A DNA stretch of 59,952 nucleotides from a virus (lineage: Duplodnaviria; Caudoviricetes). A program made the position numbers and the translations under genes. The notes beneath the pieces were generated by a model. The model was not told where the DNA came from. It saw only the letters and a program-made list of their open reading frames with translations, and ran no database searches. The stretch is taken from positions 1 through 59,952 of the IMG/VR virus record IMGVR_UViG_3300020280_000003; one strand, given 5' to 3'. Within the stretch, counting starts at the first letter, position 1. Every line of letters starts with the position of its first letter. Shown in pieces: positions 28,407 through 37,094 of the stretch.

Positions 28407-30629
28407 TCAGCGTCCAGTTACTTCGCTGAAGGAAACTCCAGTTCTGGTTGCAGTAAAGGTTACTGAAACATAGTTGATGGAGCGAGCGGGTTTGATAAAG
28501 ATTTCTGCAACAAATTCGTTGCGGTCAATAACATCAGGGGTGTTATTGGTCTCGTCACAGACAACTAGGAAATCTGTGATTCCCTGAGCAGCAACGATAT
28601 TGTCTAGATAACCACCAATTGCACCAGCAAATGAGGAGCGAGTGGTTGTATCGTTGAGCTCAAATAGAACGCCCTTAGAAAGTGCCTCAACTCTCTTCTC
28701 AATATTGAGGAAGAGACGGCGAACATTGATTCTATCAAACGCAGATGGCGCAGCGAGTGCGGTCTTATCACCGAACAGAACTGCTCCACTACCAGGGAAG
28801 GTAACGATTGGGTTAATTCTGTTCTGATAAAGTTCGTCTCTATCTGCTTTGTTTGGATTGAATGCAAGTTTGATTACGTTGCGGAGACCGCCACGATTCA
28901 TACCAGCAGGTGAGATCCAATCAGCGACTGTTTCTGAAGTGTTAACACAAAGACCAGCAACATCACCGTTGCAAGGAACATAACGATACTTGTCATTGAA
29001 ACGGTCATACATGTACTTGTAACCACTGTCAAGAACAGCATACGATGTTGAGGTTACAGAGTTAAAGAAGTTAATTGTATTTGTTCTTTGGTCTGCTGCA
29101 GTTAGAGGAGATCCACCAGTTCCAATTTGGTTTCCTCTGTGTGGAGAAACAAATGCAACACAATCTTTACGGAGAGCAGCAATTGCAACACATTTCTGTG
29201 CTTTAGATAGAGTATCTGCTTCAGCACCCATTGAACCACCCATTAGAATGAAGTTGGTTTCTGTTGCTTCTGTATCAGCAAATAGATCTAGAGCAGCACC
29301 TACTTCACCAGCAGTATAAGCATAGTCGTCAGTACCACCAGAAAGAGTTGACTCATTCAATGCAGCGAGAAGGAACTTAGATCCAGATGCTAGTGCTCCA
29401 GATGCTTGTCCAAGTGCTGCACCACCGCCACCTGATTCAGGTTCTACAAGACCAGTCAATGATCCACTGGTGTAGATGTAATCAGACTCAAGGTTTACGA
29501 TGTCTTTGAAGTACAGTGCGGAACCTTCAGGTGACTTAGCGTCGGTCATCTTAGAAAGGAAAGTGAGTCTTTCTAGAACTGTTCCAGCAGCACCAGATAC
29601 ATCACCAGTCATGTCAATGATACCGATGTGAATCTGGTCAAAGGAAATACCTCTAGAAGAAGCATACTCTGAAGTACCAGGACGAGGACCAATTGCAGCA
29701 AGACTTAGTTCAGTTCCAGTAATTTTGGTGTTAGTGTACCAATCCTTAACTGAATCAATTGCAATGTTGTCGTTAGTTACTGAACCGATAGTGACTGTAA
29801 GATCTGCGACTGCACCAGTTCCTAGTTCAGCAGCAGGAGCAGTGACTACATCTCCTTGAGCATAACCTGTACCACCAGCAGTAACACTAACTGAAGTGAC
29901 TACACCGCCTGCGTCAATTACAACTTGAAGTTGTAGACCAGATCCAGATCCACCTGTTGGTGCTGTAGTGTGGTTACCATTCTGTGAACCAACACCAGTA
30001 TATGGAGTGAACGTAGTTCCAGTTACAACACCATCTCCTGGTTCGTCAAAGACATCTGCAGAAGTGATTAGAGATGCTGGATTGTCTAGTAGAACTGCAA
30101 GTTCGTTAGTAGCAGCATCAAACGAATAGATTCTGCCAGACTTTCCACTAACGGTTGCGAATGTAGTATTTGCTGTAGTTGATGCGGGTGCGGATGCTAG
30201 TTTTAGAATCTGGTCGGCACCACGGTCAACTGCTACAACCTTGAGTGAGTTACCCCATGTACCTGCTGTTCTTGCAGCAAAAGCTTCTGCTCCACCAACA
30301 CCAGCTTCAAAGTCAGATTCGTTTCTGATTAGAACTGCTGAACCATCTGCTGTTGCATTAAGAACGCCAGTTTCTGCACGAACTACTGCTAGTCTACCAC
30401 CGTATCCTAGGAACTCAGCTGCAACGAGCCAGTCTTCTGCATTTGCATCCGAAGGAGTACCGAATACTTCAGTCAATTCCTTCAATGAAGAAATTGGAGT
30501 GACTTCTCCGATAGGTCCTTTTTGGAAGGATGATGCTAAAGCTGCTGTTAGAGTTGAGCTTCCTACAATGGTGACATTAGTTAGGTCGCGTTCTCTTAAA
30601 ATAACACCAGGCGAGACTTGACTTGCCAT
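28407..30629 (-). CDS. gp18: Tail sheath protein
   Basis: SPGVILRERD, WISPAGMNRG, FDRINVRRLF, IKPARSINY. Confidence 0.97.
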   Translation of the reverse strand: MASQVSPGVILRERDLTNVTIVGSSTLTAALASSFQKGPIGEVTPISSLKELTEVFGTPSDANAEDWLVAAEFLGYGGRLAVVRAETGVLNATADGSAVLIRNESDFEAGVGGAEAFAARTAGTWGNSLKVVAVDRGADQILKLASAPASTTANTTFATVSGKSGRIYSFDAATNELAVLLDNPASLITSADVFDEPGDGVVTGTTFTPYTGVGSQNGNHTTAPTGGSGSGLQLQVVIDAGGVVTSVSVTAGGTGYAQGDVVTAPAAELGTGAVADLTVTIGSVTNDNIAIDSVKDWYTNTKITGTELSLAAIGPRPGTSEYASSRGISFDQIHIGIIDMTGDVSGAAGTVLERLTFLSKMTDAKSPEGSALYFKDIVNLESDYIYTSGSLTGLVEPESGGGGAALGQASGALASGSKFLLAALNESTLSGGTDDYAYTAGEVGAALDLFADTEATETNFILMGGSMGAEADTLSKAQKCVAIAALRKDCVAFVSPHRGNQIGTGGSPLTAADQRTNTINFFNSVTSTSYAVLDSGYKYMYDRFNDKYRYVPCNGDVAGLCVNTSETVADWISPAGMNRGGLRNVIKLAFNPNKADRDELYQNRINPIVTFPGSGAVLFGDKTALAAPSAFDRINVRRLFLNIEKRVEALSKGVLFELNDTTTRSSFAGAIGGYLDNIVAAQGITDFLVVCDETNNTPDVIDRNEFVAEIFIKPARSINYVSVTFTATRTGVSFSEVTGR

Positions 30630-30665
30630 CTTTTATCTCCTTAGAAATTCCGATTTTACCTGAAA

Positions 30666-30673
30666 TTATTTAT
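30666..30673 (-). promoter_or_regulatory. T4-type late promoter before gp18
   Basis: GATAAATA. Similar (A/C/T)TAAATA boxes lie just upstream of gp3 (~21852), gp22 (~25209), the 26060 ORF (~26071), gp20 (~27802), gp19 (~28394), gp17 (~32610), the 39353 ORF (~39374), the 44874 ORF (~44913), the 47245 ORF (~47290) and the 52818 ORF (~52845). Confidence 0.75.
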
Positions 30674-30714
30674 CCAAAAGGGTTTCTTCAGAGGGGAAAC
30701 GATGCATGAACCTA

Positions 30715-30936
30715 CTACCAGTCTGGATACTCCCATCTTTGACTGTCAGTTTTTCTACTTTTTAATACTCTTCTCTTTGTACAGTCTTTACATTCGTATG
30801 AATATGCTGACGGAGTGGTTCGGTTTTTTCTAATCTTATAGAAATCATTCATCAATTCTTTAGTCACACCACATGTTCTACATTTCCTTTCTGTAAATAT
30901 CAGATGGTCTAGTGAGAATTGATCCTCTATATTCAT
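30715..30936 (-). CDS. Small zinc-finger protein (CxxC...CxxC)
   Basis: KCRTCG...YECKDC; ATG 30936 coupled to the gp17 stop. Confidence 0.75.
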   Translation of the reverse strand: MNIEDQFSLDHLIFTERKCRTCGVTKELMNDFYKIRKNRTTPSAYSYECKDCTKRRVLKSRKTDSQRWEYPDW

Positions 30937-32585
30937 CAGTAGTTCCACATGTAGGATACTTCTTCCTGTGTCGTTCCATACTCCCAAACGGTGCCGTCCC
31001 CGTCCACGAAGGTATCATCACCCAGACCGTCATCAATAAACCCAAAAGGAGCCATGTCTTGCTCAATTTGATTCTTTTGTTCTTCATAAATTCTCCTTCG
31101 GATATCTTGATCCGTCATTTCTCTAAAGTAATCTTGCATGACTAACCATGCAAAGAGAACCATACACATTACGAGGTCATCATGATAACCTTCGTCTGCT
31201 TCCCACGCTTGTTTCTTTTGTACAAACGTGGTTAACTCTTGGAAGATTTGGAAGTCATTGAACAATAACTTGTCTTCCTCAATAATTGCTTTGAGGTTAG
31301 CGCAACCAATCTTCTTCACGGTCACACTCATCTTAACACCTAATTGTGTTTTGTTTCCTGAGAATCCTTGTCCAACGATTTGACCTGCCCTACCACGCAT
31401 AGCACACATAAGGACGTTAGGGTACTCAAGATCATAATTAAGAGTAGCAGCAATAGAATCTCCAATGTCGTTTACCTCTACTAAGATGTATGGATTATTA
31501 TATTCTTTAGCTACCTGAAAAATTACCGAGGGAAACAGAACAGGTTTAATCTCATTATTTCTGTACTTTGCAACGATCTGATACGGCACCGTGGTGATAT
31601 CAAACACGATAAAAGCACTGTAGTCGCCACCGATACCTCTGGCAACGTCAACAGTAATAATATATTCGTGATCTTTTTCTGCTCTCGTGTAAACGTCAAG
31701 TCCTGCATTACTTGCTATGGGATCATGGAATGGAATAGTCTGGAGCTTCGCTGGACTAATCAGTGTGTCAGCAGAACCAAGAAAGTCACACTCAAACTCT
31801 TGAGCAAACTGTCGCGGTGACGTGTTCTTGATTGTCTCCTCTTTCCATTTAGTATCCCTACCAGGAACTTGAGACCAATGTACTTCATTCGTAACATAAT
31901 CATTCTTACCTCTCCTAGCATCCTCCCACATCTTGTAGAAGTGATTCATGCCATTAGGCGTGGAAATGATAATTACCTTTGTTGATTTACCAGACGTAAT
32001 AGTAGGATAAACAGAGGCAAAGAATTGCTCAGCAACGTGATTCGGGACGAACGCGAACTCGTCAAGAAAGAGGATATTAAAGGACATACCTCGGACAGCA
32101 CTTGCAGACGTAGAAGCAGCCAGAATCTTTGATCCGTTTTCAAGTTCAACATTACCTTTGTTCCACACTAGGATACCATGTTGCATCCATTTGGGCAAGT
32201 TCTCGTAAGCAAGTTGTAACCTTCCTAGTAGCTCCCTAGCGGTGGAAGCTTTGTTAGCAAGGATACCAATATTAACGCTATCGTAAAAAATAGCATAGTA
32301 TAATAGATAGGCGACGACCGTAGTTGACTTACCAGTCTGTCTAGGAAGTTTCGCAATGTTGAATCTGTTTTCATGAAAGTCTCTTAAAATTTCTTTCTGA
32401 AAATCATACATGCTAAAGGGAACCAAACCCTCATCTAGCGAGATGATCTTGATATAATTCATCGCAAAGTAGATCGGATCATTCTTACACTTGATCCATT
32501 CGTTGATCTGTTCTTGCGTAAATTGTATTGGGGTTCCCGCTTTCTTTAGATTCGGGTTCCCCAAATAGACATCATTACTTGACAC
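30936..32585 (-). CDS. gp17: Terminase large subunit
   Basis: YLGNPNLK, PRQTGKST, FLDEFAF, ISTPNG, DVARG, HDDLVM. Confidence 0.98.
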   Translation of the reverse strand: MSSNDVYLGNPNLKKAGTPIQFTQEQINEWIKCKNDPIYFAMNYIKIISLDEGLVPFSMYDFQKEILRDFHENRFNIAKLPRQTGKSTTVVAYLLYYAIFYDSVNIGILANKASTARELLGRLQLAYENLPKWMQHGILVWNKGNVELENGSKILAASTSASAVRGMSFNILFLDEFAFVPNHVAEQFFASVYPTITSGKSTKVIIISTPNGMNHFYKMWEDARRGKNDYVTNEVHWSQVPGRDTKWKEETIKNTSPRQFAQEFECDFLGSADTLISPAKLQTIPFHDPIASNAGLDVYTRAEKDHEYIITVDVARGIGGDYSAFIVFDITTVPYQIVAKYRNNEIKPVLFPSVIFQVAKEYNNPYILVEVNDIGDSIAATLNYDLEYPNVLMCAMRGRAGQIVGQGFSGNKTQLGVKMSVTVKKIGCANLKAIIEEDKLLFNDFQIFQELTTFVQKKQAWEADEGYHDDLVMCMVLFAWLVMQDYFREMTDQDIRRRIYEEQKNQIEQDMAPFGFIDDGLGDDTFVDGDGTVWEYGTTQEEVSYMWNY

Positions 32586-32612
32586 AATAAAACATTAGTT
32601 CACCACTAGTAT

Positions 32613-32915
32613 TTAGAGGTCGCCAAATTTATCTCTCATATCTTCCATATTTTTCTTTTTCTCAGAGATCATGCCATCAATGAAACCAGCACGATACTCC
32701 CAGGTTTGACCACCTTCCTTTCCTTTCATTGGATTGATACATCTATGATCACCTAGTTTGTTACAAACAAGACCAGCAAGGTCAAGCTCACTAGAGTCAG
32801 ATGTATTGCCAGTGCCACGCCAGACATGCTGACCATTGATCCATACCGCTTGGCATTTCTCGCATTCTTGTCGGTCTAGTTTAAAATCTGAAAATTCTCT
32901 ATTCTCCTCGGTCAT
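32613..32915 (-). CDS. Hypothetical Cys-containing protein
   Basis: CEKCQAVWINGQHVW...DLAGLVCNKLGDHRCINP. Confidence 0.75.
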   Translation of the reverse strand: MTEENREFSDFKLDRQECEKCQAVWINGQHVWRGTGNTSDSSELDLAGLVCNKLGDHRCINPMKGKEGGQTWEYRAGFIDGMISEKKKNMEDMRDKFGDL

Positions 32916-33126
32916 CTTTTTTGAGTTCCTTAATGAGTTTGTTGTATTCGGGTAGGTCTTTAATAAGTTGTTGTTCTAACTTACGACGCATAAGATACAT
33001 CTTAAACCTAACCCATCCATAGCGCAACTGAAGATCTAGGTAAGCAAATAATCGGATCGTGTCTTCTACACCTGCATATGCTATACAGAGAATGACGATT
33101 GTGATTACGAGGTAAAGTCCAAGCAT
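32899..33126 (-). CDS. Hypothetical membrane protein
   Basis: N-terminal hydrophobic segment; has its own upstream TATAAT. Confidence 0.7.
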   Translation of the reverse strand: MLGLYLVITIVILCIAYAGVEDTIRLFAYLDLQLRYGWVRFKMYLMRRKLEQQLIKDLPEYNKLIKELKKDDRGE

Positions 33127-33197
33127 AGTTGTTACACTCAGCTACAATTACATTATACCGCTATGTAGTAAAAAATAGTGTAACGAATAGCTAAGAT

Positions 33198-33398
33198 TTA
33201 TTCTACGTGTGTAAAGGTGTAATCAGCTATCATTGCAAATAATTGTCTTTTCATGTACCTCAGATACTCCTGCTCTTCTGCAGGTCTTGCAGGAGACCCT
33301 GGCCAATTTTGATATGCGTAATCAATTACTGAATACAACGCACGAATGTCATCAATATTCAAATCTAATTGACATCCCCACTCGTCTTTACTTTCCAT
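33198..33398 (-). CDS. Hypothetical protein
   Basis: 66-aa ORF with WPGSPARPAEEQE; GAGGA RBS. Confidence 0.72.
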   Translation of the reverse strand: MESKDEWGCQLDLNIDDIRALYSVIDYAYQNWPGSPARPAEEQEYLRYMKRQLFAMIADYTFTHVE

Positions 33399-33537
33399 CT
33401 TCCTCTAGTTCTTTAAACGCCATTTGCATGATGGTGTATATGTAATAACCAACACCAGCAAGCAACAGGATCAAACTAATAACGATGCTCCATGTAACAT
33501 CATTAACATCATTTAGAGGTCTTAGTATGAGATTCAC
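33388..33537 (-). CDS. Membrane microprotein (49 aa)
   Basis: Hand translation from GTG: MNLILRPLNDVNDVTWSIVISLILLLAGVGYYIYTIMQMAFKELEEDGK. Confidence 0.68.
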   Translation of the reverse strand: MNLILRPLNDVNDVTWSIVISLILLLAGVGYYIYTIMQMAFKELEEDGK

Positions 33538-33682
33538 GACTAAAAGGTTCCCAATGTTCCCAACCGTATTTATGGACTGCCCACATTCCTAATATAGGAA
33601 CAAACACCAAAAGAAACCCCATGACGCCTAAGCACCACGGGGTTTGCATTACTGATCTGACAAACAGTTGAACGTGTGTCAT
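33509..33682 (-). CDS. Membrane microprotein (57 aa)
   Basis: Hand translation MTHVQLFVRSVMQTPWCLGVMGFLLVFVPILGMWAVHKYGWEHWEPFSRESHTKTSK; ATGA coupling. Confidence 0.68.
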   Translation of the reverse strand: MTHVQLFVRSVMQTPWCLGVMGFLLVFVPILGMWAVHKYGWEHWEPFSRESHTKTSK

Positions 33683-33882
33683 GAATCAAAATATTTTTGT
33701 AGAACTTCAATACGCTCTTCTTCGTGAGCAATAATATCAATTTGATCTTGAATAGCAGCAAGAACATCAGGATGCTCTCCAATACCCACGGGGTTCTTGA
33801 GATAGATCTCAATGTTTAATCTTGCTTTTTCAATGTTACCTTTAGCATCTGCTTTGAGTGCTTCTAAAATTTGTGTTCTCAT
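33679..33882 (-). CDS. Hypothetical protein (67 aa)
   Basis: MRTQILEAL...EIYLKNPVGIGEHPDV; ATGA coupling to zwf. Confidence 0.75.
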   Translation of the reverse strand: MRTQILEALKADAKGNIEKARLNIEIYLKNPVGIGEHPDVLAAIQDQIDIIAHEEERIEVLQKYFDS

Positions 33883-35219
33883 GCTGGATAATCCCAATCT
33901 GTTATAAACTGAGTCTTGTGTGATGGTCCCCAGTTACCAGGCATATATAGGAAAGGAACTGTGCGAACTGGACATTTGTCACCAGTGCATAGAAGATCAT
34001 CTACGATTCTCCATGACTCCATTACTTCGTCTGCATGGACAAAGTGTGACTGATCACCATTGATAGCATCATAAAGTAGTTTTTCATATCCATCTATTGC
34101 TCTATCCTGTGGATAGTCGTGGGTGAGAGTTGCCAACTCCAAGTCGTCATTGAGCCCAGGTGACTTAATATCCATACGAATGTCAAGATGAGGGTTAGGT
34201 TGTAGACGCATGACGATACGGTCGTTAACTTCTCCTTCATATAATTTTAGCGGTGGTGCTTTGAGTTTGATTACTACCTCTACACATTGGTAAGGCATAT
34301 TCTTTCCTGTCATGACGTTAAAAGGAACTCCCTCCCAACGCCAGTTATTGATGAATAGAGACCCAGCAAAATAGGTAGGAGTACCACTGCGAGGATCAAC
34401 GCCCTCTTCGTTACGGTAGCCATCGTATTGTCCTAAAATTAGATTTGTACCTAGACTAGTCGCGGCGAGCACTTTTGTCTTCTCACGTCTGAGTTCCCTA
34501 GCATTCATGCGACAGGGTGCTTCCATAGCAATCAATGCAAGCACTTGTAGAATATGATTTTGTAGCATATCCCTTACAGCACCAGCAGTCTCATAATATT
34601 GAGCACGTCCTTCACAACCAATAGTTTCAGTTGCAAAGATTTGAACCTCTTCTATGTACTGACGATTCCAAAGTGGTTCAAGCAGAATATTACTAAACCT
34701 AGTAGCAAGTATATTGTTAACAGTATCTTTGCCAAGATAATGGTCAATGCGATAGACTTGCTTTTCGCGTAGATGTCGCTCCACCACAGACTGTAGATAA
34801 TCAGCAGATTTATAATCGTGCCCAAAGGGTTTCTCAATAACCACGCGGGAGCGGTCGGCATCATCAAGGAGACCCGCCTCTTTAAGATTGACAATTGCGT
34901 TAGCATACCTTTCTGGCGGCACAGATAAAAAGTAAGTATTATCGTGTAAGTAATCAGGAAGGTGGCGAAGAGTATCAACATTGTCCAAGTCTGCTGAGAT
35001 GTAGTCTAGATGATGTAAAAATTCATCAGGATAATCACCAAGAGATTCTTTCCATGCTTGTGGTCCAGGATCTCTCCTAGAACAACCAGTAATTACAAAA
35101 TTTTCTGGAAGAAGATCTTTCTCCCAGAGTTTATATAATGCAGGAATTAGTTTCTTCTTACATAGGTCTCCCGTTGCACCGAAGATAACAATTCCTTTAG
35201 TGAGCGGTTCCATTTCCAT
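33879..35219 (-). CDS. zwf: Glucose-6-phosphate dehydrogenase
   Basis: IFGATGDL, EKPFG, RIDHYLGK, RDMLQNH, RWEGVPF; true start probably 35213 or 35219. Confidence 0.96.
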   Translation of the reverse strand: MEMEPLTKGIVIFGATGDLCKKKLIPALYKLWEKDLLPENFVITGCSRRDPGPQAWKESLGDYPDEFLHHLDYISADLDNVDTLRHLPDYLHDNTYFLSVPPERYANAIVNLKEAGLLDDADRSRVVIEKPFGHDYKSADYLQSVVERHLREKQVYRIDHYLGKDTVNNILATRFSNILLEPLWNRQYIEEVQIFATETIGCEGRAQYYETAGAVRDMLQNHILQVLALIAMEAPCRMNARELRREKTKVLAATSLGTNLILGQYDGYRNEEGVDPRSGTPTYFAGSLFINNWRWEGVPFNVMTGKNMPYQCVEVVIKLKAPPLKLYEGEVNDRIVMRLQPNPHLDIRMDIKSPGLNDDLELATLTHDYPQDRAIDGYEKLLYDAINGDQSHFVHADEVMESWRIVDDLLCTGDKCPVRTVPFLYMPGNWGPSHKTQFITDWDYPA

Positions 35220-35325
35220 CGTATTTGTCGCTTTCGTAGTATACATTTTCACCTTTTCGTACCCCGAAATATATCGTGGAAAGTACAAACGGTATTGCAA
35301 TCCATTTGAGAAATTCACCTAACAT
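35197..35325 (-). CDS. ndhP: NdhP-like NDH-1 microsubunit (42 aa)
   Basis: Hand translation MLGEFLKWIAIPFVLSTIYFGVRKGENVYYESDKYDGNGTAH: one TM helix plus a C-terminus resembling the cyanobacterial NdhP pattern FG.RNG.YD.D.YHGNGSAH as I recall it. Confidence 0.8.
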   Translation of the reverse strand: MLGEFLKWIAIPFVLSTIYFGVRKGENVYYESDKYDGNGTAH

Positions 35326-36361
35326 CATGTCCTCCGAACATCGCTCTCATTCCGTTTAGAACCTTGGCAGTGAAAGCACCCAGACGGCGCGACTCAAAAC
35401 GAGCCCACAACGCACTGCTGATGACAGGAGCGGGTACGCCAAGATCCACAGCAGCGTGAACAGTCCAACGACCCTCACCACTGTCTGATACTCCACCATC
35501 GTACTTGCCAAGCTCTCTATCGCCCCGTAATACAGTAGCGGTAAGATCAAGCAACCAAGAACCAACCACGCTACCACGACGCCAAAGCTCAGCCACCTCA
35601 GACACATCAATGTCATAGCAATAGTCTTCTGGACAATCCATTGGGGCGACCTCAGCGTCTCCCTCTTTGACATACTGGGAACCTGCATTAGCTTCGTGTA
35701 GAATGTTAAACCCTTCGGCATATGCTTGCATGATACCATACTCAATGCCATTATGAACCATCTTTACAAAGTGACCTGCTCCAGCTGGTCCGCAATGTAA
35801 CCAACCATGCTCGGCAGATGTTTCGTAAGAACGGGGGTTTGTACGAGAGGCAGATCCAATGCCTGGTGCGAGTGCCCTAAAGATTGGAGCGCAGGTTTGT
35901 ACTGCAGTATTTGCACCACCAACCATAAGACAGTATCCACGCTCCAAACCGTAAACACCACCACTAGTACCACAGTCAAGATATTGGATGCCAAGTTTAG
36001 CAAGCCTTTCTGCCCTGCGTCTAGAGTCTTTAAAATTGGAATTGCCATGATCAATAATAATATCGCCTTCCACACAAAATTGTAATAACTCATTGAGTGT
36101 GTCCTCTACTGTTTCTGCTGGTACTACCATCATGAAGATTCCTGGTACTCGTGCAGTATCAGTAAATACACCCTCAGTACTATGTACTACTTGAACAAGG
36201 CTTTCCAAAGAAGTGGTACATCCACTGATATAACCCGCTTCATATTGTTTACAAGCTTTTTCATAATTGTTCCTGTAACCATGTACTTCAATTCCTTGTT
36301 TAATCATACGGCGGGACATGCCTTCGCCCATCCTACCTAAACCAATTAATCCTACTTTCAT
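35315..36361 (-). CDS. gnd: 6-phosphogluconate dehydrogenase (short form)
   Basis: GLIGLGRMG, IDHGNS, GTSGG, GAGHFVKMVHNGIEYG, DSGEGRWT, MRAMFGGH. Confidence 0.96.
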   Translation of the reverse strand: MKVGLIGLGRMGEGMSRRMIKQGIEVHGYRNNYEKACKQYEAGYISGCTTSLESLVQVVHSTEGVFTDTARVPGIFMMVVPAETVEDTLNELLQFCVEGDIIIDHGNSNFKDSRRRAERLAKLGIQYLDCGTSGGVYGLERGYCLMVGGANTAVQTCAPIFRALAPGIGSASRTNPRSYETSAEHGWLHCGPAGAGHFVKMVHNGIEYGIMQAYAEGFNILHEANAGSQYVKEGDAEVAPMDCPEDYCYDIDVSEVAELWRRGSVVGSWLLDLTATVLRGDRELGKYDGGVSDSGEGRWTVHAAVDLGVPAPVISSALWARFESRRLGAFTAKVLNGMRAMFGGHDVR

Positions 36362-36531
36362 CACACCCTCCAAGGCACTGCTGATTGTTTTCTTCTTTCT
36401 AATTCTTTAATAATTTCGTCTATCTCATTATAAAATGCATCACCCACCATGTATGCTCCTCGCCTACGTGATAGTTCACGGATCATGATGTCGTAGTCTG
36501 CCTGAGAAAAATTGGGCATAAACTTACTCAT
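36361..36531 (-). CDS. Small hypothetical protein (56 aa)
   Basis: Hand translation MSKFMPNFSQADYDIMIRELSRRRGAYMVGDAFYNEIDEIIKELERRKQSAVPWRV; coupled on both sides. Confidence 0.7.
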   Translation of the reverse strand: MSKFMPNFSQADYDIMIRELSRRRGAYMVGDAFYNEIDEIIKELERRKQSAVPWRV

Positions 36532-36797
36532 TGTTTACCTTCTTGTATGAAATATTCGGGCATTGGACAACCCTTGAAGTTATGTATCTCATCCACAGCA
36601 AGCACAAACATAGTCACAAATCCTAGGCAAAATGCGAATAACATCTGGGGGAAGTTATAGTTACCCATGTACGCTGTAGGATCAGGTTCATCATCATGTG
36701 GATGAATCATCCTTTCTATCTCTAAGCGCCTTTTGGATTTGGCGTCTAACTCTGTCTCTTGCTTCTGGGTCTTCGGTTTCTTTTCTGGAGTAGCCAT
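36528..36797 (-). CDS. Hypothetical membrane protein (start at 36797 or 36710)
   Basis: HPHDDEPDPTAYMGNYNFPQMLFAFCLGFVTMFVLAV, one TM segment. Confidence 0.7.
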   Translation of the reverse strand: MATPEKKPKTQKQETELDAKSKRRLEIERMIHPHDDEPDPTAYMGNYNFPQMLFAFCLGFVTMFVLAVDEIHNFKGCPMPEYFIQEGKQ

Positions 36798-36897
36798 GTT
36801 TCTGATGGAAGATAAAGTGACCTTGACAAATCATAGTTACTCCAAATAAAAATAGGAGAACTACACCTATCCATTCTATAATGTTATCTTGAGCCAT
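36694..36897 (-). CDS. Hypothetical membrane protein
   Basis: IIEWIGVVLLFLFGVTMICQGH, one TM helix. Confidence 0.68.
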   Translation of the reverse strand: MAQDNIIEWIGVVLLFLFGVTMICQGHFIFHQKHGYSRKETEDPEARDRVRRQIQKALRDRKDDSST

Positions 36898-37094
36898 GGC
36901 AGTAACGGTGGTATCACTCCAATGAGTCTAAGAAGACCCTCAGCAAAAAGTGCGAGAACAACCCAACCAACACACATACTAATAATTCCAGCATTACGAT
37001 TATGTTTTCGTATTGCATCGTCAATCATCTCCTGAACCTCTTCTTTAGTTACATGGTCAGGTGGTTCTATACCCTTCCCCCAGTCTTTAAACAT
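36876..37094 (-). CDS. Hypothetical membrane protein
   Basis: EVQEMIDDAIRKHNRNAGIISMCVGWVVLALFAEGLL; coupled to the PTOX stop. Confidence 0.72.
   Translation of the reverse strand: MFKDWGKGIEPPDHVTKEEVQEMIDDAIRKHNRNAGIISMCVGWVVLALFAEGLLRLIGVIPPLLPWLKITL

Noticed and set aside
35220-35318. N-terminal extension of zwf in the ORF track
   Set aside because: The G6PD fold starts at MEPLTKGIVIFGATG. This stretch is better explained by the NdhP-like ORF in another frame.
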